In this document: in pieces, positions 20,305 to 29,873 of the stretch
Position numbering within the stretch: position 1 is the first letter of the stretch
Layout: the number at the start of each line of letters is the position of its first letter
Assembly (NCBI GenBank): GCA_015272215.1
Contig: JACYMD010000048.1
Coordinates: forward strand, 4,874-68,873
Length of the DNA stretch: 64,000 bases
Direction: 5' to 3'
Source of the DNA: Rivularia sp. T60_A2020_040
Lineage (GTDB): Bacteria; Cyanobacteriota; Cyanobacteriia; Cyanobacteriales; Nostocaceae
Made by a program: the position numbers and the translations under genes
The notes under the pieces: model-generated
What the model was told of the DNA's origin: nothing
The model's database searches: none
Seen by the model: the letters and a program-made list of their open reading frames with translations, nothing else

Positions 20305-20694
20305 ATGCAACGCACGCTTCTCCTAGCCAAAATTCACAACTGTACTCTCACCCAATCTAATCTCAACTATATGGGCAGTATCAGCATAGACCAAACACTT
20401 TTGGATCAAGCTGGTATCTTACCTTACGAGCAAGTACAGGTGGTGAATATAACTAACGGTGAGCGTTTTGTGACTTATGCAATACCGGCTATTGCTAATT
20501 CCGGAGCAATTGAGCTTAATGGGGCTGCGGCACGTCTAGCCATAAAAGGCGATCGCTTGATTATAATGTCTTACGGGCAGTTAACTCCGGAAGAAATCTC
20601 AAGTTTCTCTCCCACAGTTGTCATCGTAGACGACAAAAACAAATTGTTAGAAGTCAGACACTACGATGATTTGCTCGGTAAGACAATTATCTAA
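20305..20694 (+). CDS. panD: Aspartate 1-decarboxylase
   Basis: [14 protein letters not shown] (Gly-Ser autocleavage site), [17 protein letters not shown]. Confidence 0.95.
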   Translation: MQRTLLLAKIHNCTLTQSNLNYMGSISIDQTLLDQAGILPYEQVQVVNITNGERFVTYAIPAIANSGAIELNGAAARLAIKGDRLIIMSYGQLTPEEISSFSPTVVIVDDKNKLLEVRHYDDLLGKTII

Positions 20695-20699
20695 AAAAA

Positions 20700-21602
20700 A
20701 TGCCAAATATACAGCCGTCAAAGCATCATCCAGATGTTAGCGAATCCCCAAAAAAATCTGCTTCTGAGCAAACCGATCAATTTTTAGTCAAATTTTGGGG
20801 AGTACGAGGTTTAATTCCTACTCCAAGTCAAGAAACTAATGTTTATGGAGGTAATACTGCTTGTGTAGAAATGCAAGTCGGGGGAAAGAATTTGATTTTT
20901 GATGGTGGTACTGGGTTGCGAATGTTAGGAAAAAATTGGTTAGAAAAACAGCAAGAAATATTAGTCCATTTATTTTTTACTAACGCTCAAACAAACCGGA
21001 TTCAGGGTTTTCCTTTTTTTGCTCCTGCATTTGCACCCCAAAACTATTTACATATTTATGGTACCGCTGCTTCTAATGGAGCATCAATTAAGCAATCACT
21101 TTGCGATCAAATGTTATTACCCCATTTTCCTTACCCTTTACAAGTCATGCAGTCACAACTGCAATTTTATCATTTGACTCCGAATCAAGTGGTGGCTATT
21201 GATGATGTAACAGTAGAAATGGGATTAATTAATAATATTCAAAAGTCCATTGGTTATAAAATTACATGGTCTGAATATAGTGTTGCTTACATCACTGATT
21301 TACAATCTAAAATAGATGATTCAGATGTTGAAGGTGTAATTAGATTAACTCAAGGAGTAGACTTACTAATTGTAAATCCTAACTACATTTCCTCGGATTT
21401 TCGCAACTCGGAAACACCAATTGATTCCTATTGGGAAAATGCTCTAGATTTAGCCCGTACAACAGGTGTTAAACAACTTGTATTTTCTAATCATCATCCA
21501 AATGATCGCGATGATTTTTTAGATAGAGTTCAAGCCGCGCTTAAATCTAAGTTAGAACCAGCATTTTTAGCTCGTGAAGGTATGGTTATATCTATTAATT
21601 AA
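20700..21602 (+). CDS. Metallo-beta-lactamase-fold protein with degenerate metal-binding motifs
   Basis: VKFWGVRG, YGGNTACVE, FDGGTGL and IQGFPFFAP are family motifs, but HxHxDH is replaced by NAQTNR. Confidence 0.75.
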   Translation: MPNIQPSKHHPDVSESPKKSASEQTDQFLVKFWGVRGLIPTPSQETNVYGGNTACVEMQVGGKNLIFDGGTGLRMLGKNWLEKQQEILVHLFFTNAQTNRIQGFPFFAPAFAPQNYLHIYGTAASNGASIKQSLCDQMLLPHFPYPLQVMQSQLQFYHLTPNQVVAIDDVTVEMGLINNIQKSIGYKITWSEYSVAYITDLQSKIDDSDVEGVIRLTQGVDLLIVNPNYISSDFRNSETPIDSYWENALDLARTTGVKQLVFSNHHPNDRDDFLDRVQAALKSKLEPAFLAREGMVISIN

Positions 21603-21642
21603 TTGAAACTAAATATTCATTCCAATTCATGACTAATTTTCA

Positions 21643-22101
21643 TTAATTTTTATGGAGTTTGCTGCGGATAATCCAATAACTTATTGATAAAGCAAAAACT
21701 GCGATTGCCAAACCGATTACTTGTATGCCGTCTGTTTTCTCTAAATCTAAAATAATAATCTTTCTAGCTACAGCAATCAAGGAAGTAGCAATTACTAATT
21801 CAACATGAATAACATTTTTTCTCAGATAAGCAGTAATATTTTCTAAAATTTCTAAAGCAATTAAAACATTTAAAAATAATCCAAAAGTTGTAAATAAATT
21901 GTCATTAAAATTTGGTTTATTAATATCCCAAATTAATATTTTGTTTACGACGTAAATTGCTAAATCTATAATTGCAAAGAATATGATCACCACCATAGTA
22001 ATCGATAACAGTTTGGCAATGAGTTCTTCAATCTTTTCAATCAAATACAAACAATTTTCATTGCTATTGTATTTACGAATTTTTCTCAATAGATTTCTCA
22101 T
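21643..22101 (-). CDS. Phosphate-starvation-inducible PsiE-family membrane protein
   Basis: FGLFLNVLIALEILENITAYL...VELVIATSLIAVARKIIILD. Confidence 0.8.
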   Translation of the reverse strand: MRNLLRKIRKYNSNENCLYLIEKIEELIAKLLSITMVVIIFFAIIDLAIYVVNKILIWDINKPNFNDNLFTTFGLFLNVLIALEILENITAYLRKNVIHVELVIATSLIAVARKIIILDLEKTDGIQVIGLAIAVFALSISYWIIRSKLHKN

Positions 22102-22293
22102 GTTTCATGCCTTGTAATAAAACAATTACCAATTACATAAATGAATGTTATTTGTCATGTGTAAACAAATACAATCAAGTAAGAATAAAGTACATAAATT
22201 AAAATCTTACATTTATAACTATAAACAATCATTGGTACATTAATTTAACAATTTTAAACAACCCTTACCTCGCACTACGAGAAAATATCAAGC

Positions 22294-22710
22294 ATGAACC
22301 GTCGTAACTTCTTAAATTGGGTTGGTGTTGGCATGATAGCAACTTCTTTACCCGTCGCTATTGCAGCTTGTTCCTCAAAAGAAACAGCGAATACCCCAAA
22401 ATCTCAAGAATGGCAAAATATTGGTACTTCTAATCAATTAAATACCAATGGTAAACTACTTGCAAAAAATACATCCGTCGGAGAAGTATTAGTCGTCAAA
22501 ACTTCCCTTGCTAATAATTTAGTTGCGGTTAACCCTCGCTGTACCCATGCCGGTTGTACCGTCGAATGGAAAAATGATACTAATAAATTTGTTTGTCCCT
22601 GTCATGGTTCTGAATTTGGGGTTGATGGTAAAGTTATAGCCGCACCAGCCACAACACCTTTAAAAACCTATGCAGTCAAAATTGATGGTGATGCAGTTTT
22701 GATTCAGTAA
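22294..22710 (+). CDS. Rieske [2Fe-2S] protein with Tat/lipoprotein-type leader (PetC3-like)
   Basis: MNRRNFL twin-arginine leader, AIAAC lipobox-like motif, CTHAGC and CPCHGSEF boxes. Confidence 0.85.
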   Translation: MNRRNFLNWVGVGMIATSLPVAIAACSSKETANTPKSQEWQNIGTSNQLNTNGKLLAKNTSVGEVLVVKTSLANNLVAVNPRCTHAGCTVEWKNDTNKFVCPCHGSEFGVDGKVIAAPATTPLKTYAVKIDGDAVLIQ

Positions 22711-23107
22711 ATAGCGTCAGTTCAAAAATTTATTTTTGCTTGGGGGAAAGAAAAGTCGGGTTTTTGAAGATAAATATCTGTAATACAAGATAACCTTGAT
22801 TAAAACCCGACTTCTGTGTTTTTCTTCTATGAATACTATCGTACTTATAAGTTTTGTAAATTAATTTGAATTATCTATACTTCTATTCACAAAGCTAATT
22901 GATAGTTTTTTAATCAAAAATATTGATAAAAATTGACTTAAATAGCGTTGAATACCGATATTAAGGTAGAATTGCCAACACATTTAGATAAATTTTAGCT
23001 CAACTTAAAATCGACAACTAAAAAATATCTGTAGCAAAACTTACTAAAAATTATATAAGGATACGTTAAGTTAAGTTTGCCGTAAATGTAACTACAGCTA
23101 CTTAAAA

Positions 23108-24043
23108 ATGCGGCTAGAACAATTGCAAGCCTTTTTAGCGATCGCAGATAGTGGCAGCTTTCAAAAAGCAGCACACCAATGTAATGTTACCCAATCTACA
23201 ATCAGTCGTCAAATTCAGTCATTAGAAGCAGATTTGGGATTTGAATTGTTTCACAGAACTAGTCAATCTAAATTGACTTTAGCAGGTGAAGCTTTATTAC
23301 CTCGCGCCCGTAAAATTTGTTTAGAGTGGCAAACTGCTAAGCAAGAAATAACCGACTTGATATCAGGTAAACAGCCAGAACTTTGTATTGCCTGTATTCC
23401 TTCCGTATGTGCTTATTATTTTCCACCTTTATTACAATCATTTTGCAAACAATACCCTGATGTACAATTACGGGTAACATCATTAGGTAGCGATCGCGCA
23501 TTGAAAGTTCTCAAAGACGGACTTGTGGATTTAGCAATTGTCATGAACAATCGTTTTCTTACCATGAGCAAAGAAATGGTTGTGCAAACACTTTATGAAG
23601 AACCCATAGAAGTTTTAACATCAGCCAATCATCCATTAACTGAATATGAATCGATTCCTTGGTTGGAATTAATTCGTTATCCTCAAGTAATTTTCAAAGA
23701 AGGTTATGGAATGCAGCGGTTAGTACAAAATCAATTTGATCAAACTGATGCATTACTCAAAGCAGCTTTAGAAGTTAATACCTTAGATGCTTTCCGGGGA
23801 ATAGTACGTCAAGGAGAATTAATCGCTTTATTACCAAGTTCAGCATTAATTGAAGCGCGTTTTGACCCCGGTCTTGCAGTTCGTCCTTTTTATATTAACA
23901 ACAATGGTTCTTCCGTCAACCGTGTATGTTTAACTCGTCAAGTAGTAATGGTAACAACTCAAGACCGATTACAAATTCCTCCCATTCAGTACTTTTGGAA
24001 TCTAGTTTGCCAACACATACCAAAACAGGTAAAGGGATTTTAG
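23108..24043 (+). CDS. LysR-family transcriptional regulator
   Basis: MRLEQLQAFLAIADSGSFQKAA...TQSTISRQIQSLE HTH plus a substrate-binding domain. Confidence 0.92.
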   Translation: MRLEQLQAFLAIADSGSFQKAAHQCNVTQSTISRQIQSLEADLGFELFHRTSQSKLTLAGEALLPRARKICLEWQTAKQEITDLISGKQPELCIACIPSVCAYYFPPLLQSFCKQYPDVQLRVTSLGSDRALKVLKDGLVDLAIVMNNRFLTMSKEMVVQTLYEEPIEVLTSANHPLTEYESIPWLELIRYPQVIFKEGYGMQRLVQNQFDQTDALLKAALEVNTLDAFRGIVRQGELIALLPSSALIEARFDPGLAVRPFYINNNGSSVNRVCLTRQVVMVTTQDRLQIPPIQYFWNLVCQHIPKQVKGF

Positions 24044-24140
24044 ATTTTAGATTTTGGATTAGGAGTTAGCACCACCGGAATTAGTGGTTAATGTTTAATG
24101 GTTGTCAACTGTCAACTGTCAACTGTCAACTGTCAAAATT

Positions 24141-25190
24141 ATGAGCAATTCATTTAGAGATTTACTTAAAAAAATCGGTAGTGGGGAACATACTAAAGAA
24201 GATTTAACTCGTGCTGAAGCAAAATTAGCGACTAGAATGATGCTTTTGGGTGAAGCAACACCAGCACAAATTGGCGCTTTTTTAATTGCACACCGCATCA
24301 AACGACCTACTAGTCAAGAATTAGCGGGAATGTTGGATGCTTACAGCGAACTTGGGCCAATATTACCAGCAATCAACGACGAGCCACCAGCAATAATTTT
24401 TGGTATACCTTACGATGGTAGAATCCGGACTGCACCAATTAGTCCAATCGTAGCTTTATTATTAGCTTATTCTGGACAAAATGTGATCATGCATGGTGGC
24501 GATCGTCTTCCCACAAAATACGGACTTTCATTGGTAGAAATTTGGCAAGGTTTGGGTGTTGACTGGACAAAGTTAGAATTACCCAAAACCCATCAAGTTA
24601 TGGAAAAAACCGGAATCGGTTTTGTTTATACACCACTGCATTTTCCCCTAACAACAAGTATTTGGGAATACCGCGACCAAATCGGTAAGCGTCCGCCCTT
24701 TGCCAGTATGGAATTAATTTGGTGTCCTTATGCTGGTGATGCTCACATCGTTACCGGGTTTGTTCATCCACCGACAGAGGAAAGGTTTAAGGCAGCTTTA
24801 TGTGAAATCGGAATTACTAAATTTACAACAGTAAAGGGTTTAGAAGGTAGTTGCGATTTACCACGTGATCGTACCGCGATTATCGGTTTGGGAAATGGTA
24901 CAAATCCTATAGAAAGATTACTTTTGGTTCCGAGGGAATACGGCTTTACTACTCAAAATGTACCTCTGGGTAGTACTGAAGAATTATTATCAGAAATGAA
25001 ATTAGTCTTGCAAGGTAAACCATCAGCATTGATGGAAACAGCATTATGGAATGGCGGGTTTTATTTATGGCTTTGCGGAATTTGTAGTGATATGTCTTCC
25101 GGTTTAGCAACAGCCAAAGAATTATTCTACTCTGGTGCGGTGTTGAAAAAACTTCAAGAATTGCAGCAAGCGATTAACTCAATATTATAA
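24141..25190 (+). CDS. Anthranilate phosphoribosyltransferase-like protein (TrpD2/YbiB family)
   Basis: IGSGEHT, ATPAQIGAFLIAHRIK, YDGRIRTAP, RDQIGKRPP. Lacks the TrpD GTGGD PRPP motif. The track ORF's upstream extension is heptamer repeat. Confidence 0.8.
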   Translation: MSNSFRDLLKKIGSGEHTKEDLTRAEAKLATRMMLLGEATPAQIGAFLIAHRIKRPTSQELAGMLDAYSELGPILPAINDEPPAIIFGIPYDGRIRTAPISPIVALLLAYSGQNVIMHGGDRLPTKYGLSLVEIWQGLGVDWTKLELPKTHQVMEKTGIGFVYTPLHFPLTTSIWEYRDQIGKRPPFASMELIWCPYAGDAHIVTGFVHPPTEERFKAALCEIGITKFTTVKGLEGSCDLPRDRTAIIGLGNGTNPIERLLLVPREYGFTTQNVPLGSTEELLSEMKLVLQGKPSALMETALWNGGFYLWLCGICSDMSSGLATAKELFYSGAVLKKLQELQQAINSIL

Positions 25191-25379
25191 ATTGGGAATG
25201 GGTAATTGGGAATGGGTAATTGGTAATTGGCAAATCCCCATGATTAATTAATGGGCTTATATGCTTTTTCTTCCGGGTATCAGAGCGCTTCGCTTTCAGA
25301 AAGACATATCCCCAACTAAACTCCCCATAAAAAAACGCCTTCTTCAAGCTTTATTATTTGTGATTAATTCTGTTCTTCT

Positions 25380-25445
25380 CCCTATTCCCAATTCCCAATT
25401 CCCAATTCCCAATTCCCCATTCCCCATTCCCAATTCCCCATTTTC
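25380..25445. repeat. STRR heptamer array (TTCCCAA/TTCCCCA)n
   Basis: About 9 tandem heptamers. Confidence 0.85.
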
Positions 25446-25760
25446 AATTCAGAAGTCAAGACTCTAAATATACAATTAAATCAAACTACATCAAAAAGGC
25501 TTTTTCCAGAACCTTGGCAATGCGTAAAATTTACAATTCAATAAAGCCAAAACACTGATCATTAGCGTAGACTAAGGATTACGGTAGTACTAAGAAGGGA
25601 TTTTTCAATGATAAATAAATTTTCACGAATGAGCAAAGGTTGAACTATAGTGTATTAAACGGCATGGAAAGTTAAAAATACAATAAAAATACAATTGTGT
25701 GGTTAAGTCTTACTGCCTACCAAGACCCATTTATTATAGTTGAGAAATAATACTGACTCG

Positions 25761-27119
25761 ATGACAGGCAAAAACGCAAGACAGAATGCATTTCTGCGGC
25801 TAGTGTCTGGTAAGGAATTAGAAACAGTTGAGCAACGCTACTCGCTAATTCCAACTTCAGAGGCAGTAATTGGACGCGATCCTCACTGTCAAGTTGTATT
25901 AGATGCATTACAGTATCGCATGGTATCTCGCCGTCATGCGGTGATTCGTCCTTTAAGTTTATCTCCCGATGGTGAAATCAGTTGGATACTCTGCGACTTA
26001 AATAGTGCTAACGGTACCTATCTAAATGGAAAACGCTTGCAGGAATGCCAACAAATTTTTCCTGGCGATCGCATCACTTTGGGTTACGATGGACCTGATT
26101 TGGTTTTTGGTAGCGAAATCGTCGAACGAAAAACAACCATTTCTAATCATACATCCTTCCATTCCACTTCAAATTCCTCAAACTATTCCAAACCAGACTC
26201 AGTTAGCTTCACTCAATTATTTCCCATCATTTCTACAGGTAAAGATTTAACTAGCAAAGCTTATCTAATACCTGGAATTTTAACGGTTATTTTTGTAGTA
26301 TTAATGTTTGCTACCGTCGGAAAACCCGAAGCAAACCAAATTATAGTTGCTGTTTATATTGCCTTTGCCGCTTATTATTTTATTTATCAGTTGTGTGGCA
26401 AGCATAAACCTTGGTGGGTTCTATTAGGGGTTGGTTTATCCACAACTTTAATTTTACTTAGTCCCCTATTAGATTTATTTATTTTTATATTTCGCGAGAT
26501 TTTACCCGGTAGTCTACCTTCTGGGCAAGAATCAATTACCTTTACTGAATGGCTGGTGCGGATGTTTTTCGGTGCTGGTTTGATGGAAGAACTACTCAAA
26601 GCATTACCAGTTGCCGGTATATATTTTATCGGTTTAGGATTGTCTTCCCCTTGGCGAGAACGTGTTGGACTTTGGGAACCTTTAGATGGAATATTGCTGG
26701 GAGCAGCTTCTGCTGTCGGGTTTACCCTGTTAGAAACACTAGGTCAATACGTGCCAGAAGTTACTCAGAACGCAGCAATTCAAGCAGGAGTAGAAACAGG
26801 CCAATTAGTAGGTTTACAACTGTTGATTCCGCGCATTCTCGGTTCTGTGGCTGGACATATGGCTTATAGTGGATATCTCGGTTATTTCATCGGTTTAGCC
26901 GTACTTAAACCAAAATTAGCAGGACAAATTTTATTAGTTGGCTACCTTAGTGCCTCAGCGCTTCACGCTTTATGGAATGCAACTGGTGCCATCAGTGGTT
27001 TATTTTTAGTCGTCGTAGGTGTATTATCTTATGCTTTTTTAATGGCTGCAATCCTTAAAGCAAGAGCGCTTTCACCCAATCGCGAACAAAATTTCGCTAC
27101 CCGCTTTTTCGGAAAATAA
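25761..27119 (+). CDS. FHA domain + PrsW-family intramembrane metalloprotease
   Basis: FHA motifs IGRD, VSRRHA, DLNSANGTYLNG. PrsW motifs EELLK, GFTLLE, HMAYS, HALWN. Multiple TM segments. Confidence 0.88.
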   Translation: MTGKNARQNAFLRLVSGKELETVEQRYSLIPTSEAVIGRDPHCQVVLDALQYRMVSRRHAVIRPLSLSPDGEISWILCDLNSANGTYLNGKRLQECQQIFPGDRITLGYDGPDLVFGSEIVERKTTISNHTSFHSTSNSSNYSKPDSVSFTQLFPIISTGKDLTSKAYLIPGILTVIFVVLMFATVGKPEANQIIVAVYIAFAAYYFIYQLCGKHKPWWVLLGVGLSTTLILLSPLLDLFIFIFREILPGSLPSGQESITFTEWLVRMFFGAGLMEELLKALPVAGIYFIGLGLSSPWRERVGLWEPLDGILLGAASAVGFTLLETLGQYVPEVTQNAAIQAGVETGQLVGLQLLIPRILGSVAGHMAYSGYLGYFIGLAVLKPKLAGQILLVGYLSASALHALWNATGAISGLFLVVVGVLSYAFLMAAILKARALSPNREQNFATRFFGK

Positions 27120-27198
27120 CTAATTGGTAATTGGTAATTGGTAATTGGTAATTTTACTGTTGCCTCTTCCCTCTTCCCTCTTCCCTCTTCCCTCTTCC
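27118..27198. repeat. STRR arrays (TAATTGG)n and (CTCTTCC)n
   Basis: Lie between convergent genes. Confidence 0.8.
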
Positions 27199-27375
27199 CT
27201 GATATATGTCTTTTGATAGATGAGGCTGGAGAACAAACTATTATATCTTTTAAATAATCATGGATAAATCTACCCTAAGAAATAAAAATTACAGAAATAG
27301 CATCGCTCCAGCCATCGCAAAAGTAAATTGATTGCATTGGCTTTGCAAATAAAGTAGAAAATGGCGGCAAAAGTT

Positions 27376-28032
27376 TTACTCTTCTGCTTGAAAGGTATTT
27401 AACTGATTTAATGCATGATAAGCAATCGTTAAACCAACTTTTGCTTGTTCAATTTCCGATAAAGCTGCCCATTCACGATTATCCCCTTGATTATAATTAG
27501 CTAAAGTTGACTCCACTTTAGGATGGGAACCACTTCTAGTTGCATACGCTAACGGACGTGCTAAAACCATGATATCGTCAACTTCTAAACTCGGTAATAC
27601 AGCTTGTACGCATTCAATCAGTTGTTCTGTGATTGACTGTTTTGCATTGAAAATTTCTGCTGCTTTCTGAGCAATCAAGTTGATCCAATCTTTTGGCATA
27701 CTATTACAAAACTCTTTTTGTAAATTCTTTTGTAATTTGAATGCTATTGTTTGATTTGTATTACAATTGTAGTGTACTGAAGTCTCGACCTTAGACCAAA
27801 GCGCATCTAATTGGTTGTGAAAAGCTTCACAGCGTGTATCTAGTTCCTCGTCTAGCAAAGCCTGCATCGGGAATTGCTCTTCTATTTGATTAAAATAAGC
27901 TTGGGTATCGTCTTCGTAAGAATTCCAAGGATAAGTATTATCTTCTGGTTCGAGTAAAGTTGCGAGTAAATCCAATTCGACTTGAGAAAGCGAATTGTGA
28001 GAATTTTTTGAACCTTGCATTTTGTCAGCCAT
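27376..28032 (-). CDS. Conserved cyanobacterial hypothetical protein
   Basis: Motifs YPWN, RPLAYATRS, WAALSEIEQAKVGL; third gene of the PP2C-CHAT run. Start set at MADKMQG. Confidence 0.7.
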   Translation of the reverse strand: MADKMQGSKNSHNSLSQVELDLLATLLEPEDNTYPWNSYEDDTQAYFNQIEEQFPMQALLDEELDTRCEAFHNQLDALWSKVETSVHYNCNTNQTIAFKLQKNLQKEFCNSMPKDWINLIAQKAAEIFNAKQSITEQLIECVQAVLPSLEVDDIMVLARPLAYATRSGSHPKVESTLANYNQGDNREWAALSEIEQAKVGLTIAYHALNQLNTFQAEE

Positions 28033-28211
28033 GTGTTGTCTCCCGGTGAATGAATTAGCGGTATTGACAGCTACAGCACCCAATATCTGGTTTCCGCAAA
28101 CTGAAATTTTCTTTTATCTACTGTTATAACTTTTTGATTTGACGTAGCGACGTAGAGTCTATCTTAATAGTTAAAAGATAAATAATACCAAAATACCAAT
28201 TTGATAAATAC

Positions 28212-29777
28212 CTAATTTTCAATCCGAAATTCCCAAGTTTGACTTTTAGTACTACCAAACTTTAAATGCATTCCCGATTCTAAAGGTACTTCGCCTCTGT
28301 AGATTTGTTGCCAGCCACCAGAGCGTAAAATCCAAGTCGTACCATAGGTGGATAAATCTTGTAAATAGTAAGTTTGCACTTGAGTATTACCTACTAAACT
28401 ATTGCGACATAAAATTTCAGCATGACGCTTTGAAACTGAAGGTTCTCGGATTACAATATCATTTTCTCTAGTGCGACCGATACGGGTAACTCCGGGTTTC
28501 AATAACCAAATTTTACCTCCTGGTTGCAAAGAACGTAAGGAAACATTTGCACTACCAGGAATAAAAGTTGTGGGTATTTCTGTAGCACCTTCTTCAAAAC
28601 TCTTGAGCAATTCACCGTCGAAGTGGGGGTGTAAGTAAAGAACTGGTAAAGTCCAAGCGGGCTGATTAAAATGATAAATTGTTAATAATCTTTTTCTACC
28701 TTCGGCAACAGCTTCGTCAATCGGTTTGCGACTACGTAAAGCCAAAGCCATAGTTTGAATAAAACTGTGACTTTCCTCATCAGTAATTTTATCGCGCATT
28801 CCCAGTACCGCAGGTACACCTTGACGTATCAATACTTCTGCTAAACTACTGTGAGCAATAGCCCGATTTTGATTAGAGAAAGGTTGCGCTCCCCAACAAG
28901 CATTGAAAACAGCCAACTTCACATCACTACGGGTTAAAGCTTGTGCCAGTTCCATACCATTAAGAGTCATCTCCTTTTGTAAAAATAGAAACCCCCCGTC
29001 CGGACCTGGCAACCCGTGACCGGCGTAAAAAAACACATTATAAGCTTTAGTATCTAATTCCGAAATTAGCTGTTCTGGAGTTGGTTTTACCAGGGTATTT
29101 ACCATGCAAGGCGCGTATCCGGCAGAGGTACTACCCAGGGAATGACTCCCAGAAAGAGTTTGTTGAAGAATAGCTGCTTCTTTTTCTAATTGCAGGTTTT
29201 CATCTTCTCCTAAAACTAACAAGATATTTAAAGCGTGATCGGTTCCTGAACAAGACAACGGTTCAACTTGAGAAGTAGTGCGACTAAACAACAGATGTTG
29301 AGACAGTGACATTGCAGGTTGTCCGGGTTCGCGCTGCATAATTTCCCAAGGAACAGCAATTAAATCTGGGTCGCGGATTTCCAAACGAAAGCGCAAGCGT
29401 GTATGCTGACCCATAGCAATACCGCGACTCCGTTCCAAGCTGCCCAAAATTTCTCCCTCGAATGTCCAACGCCATAAACTAACTCCCATATATTGCATCA
29501 AACGGCTGCTATAGCTAGTTTTTTGACCGGAAGCTGATGGTAGGGAGTTCAAGGGAAGCGGATTTGCAGTTTCCAACTTATTTTTTGGCGATATATCCAA
29601 CCGGGAATGTCCAGCGAACATTTGTTGCCATTCCAGCCAAGCTTGATTTAGCTCTTGCGACCATACACAATCATGTAAAACATAACCACTCGGATAGGGA
29701 GCATTCACCACCCAAATTGCAAAATTGTCAGTGCCTGTATGAACGAGACGGGCGATCGCCAGGTTAAGGGATGGCAT
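28212..29777 (-). CDS. CHAT (caspase-like) domain protein with C-terminal FHA domain
   Basis: CHAT His/Cys dyad FFYAGHG and VFNACWG. FHA motifs IGRTREND, VSKRHA, DLSTYGT. Confidence 0.85.
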   Translation of the reverse strand: MPSLNLAIARLVHTGTDNFAIWVVNAPYPSGYVLHDCVWSQELNQAWLEWQQMFAGHSRLDISPKNKLETANPLPLNSLPSASGQKTSYSSRLMQYMGVSLWRWTFEGEILGSLERSRGIAMGQHTRLRFRLEIRDPDLIAVPWEIMQREPGQPAMSLSQHLLFSRTTSQVEPLSCSGTDHALNILLVLGEDENLQLEKEAAILQQTLSGSHSLGSTSAGYAPCMVNTLVKPTPEQLISELDTKAYNVFFYAGHGLPGPDGGFLFLQKEMTLNGMELAQALTRSDVKLAVFNACWGAQPFSNQNRAIAHSSLAEVLIRQGVPAVLGMRDKITDEESHSFIQTMALALRSRKPIDEAVAEGRKRLLTIYHFNQPAWTLPVLYLHPHFDGELLKSFEEGATEIPTTFIPGSANVSLRSLQPGGKIWLLKPGVTRIGRTRENDIVIREPSVSKRHAEILCRNSLVGNTQVQTYYLQDLSTYGTTWILRSGGWQQIYRGEVPLESGMHLKFGSTKSQTWEFRIEN

Positions 29778-29873
29778 GGATTCTTTAAAAAAGGCTAAAT
29801 TTTTTTCAAGCAAAATGTTTGCCCAAAATTATCTTTTCAGGCGATTACCTGTATGATTTTAGTTTCTTATAGT

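Noticed and set aside
22188-22202. NtcA site upstream of the Rieske gene
   Set aside because: The spacing is GTA-N9-TAC, not GTA-N8-TAC.
25261-25467. Short ORFs made of heptamer/hexamer repeats (25261-25467, 1451-1669, 16554-16799)
   Set aside because: They are translations of STRR or hexamer arrays (PIPNSQF, NLNSN, STVNCQL), not credible proteins.
27376-28032. patU3
   Set aside because: Only superficial motif resemblance (PW, terminal helix), and no hetZ/patU5 context.
28212-29777. hetF
   Set aside because: It has a CHAT domain, but is much shorter, carries a C-terminal FHA domain and has a different N-terminus.
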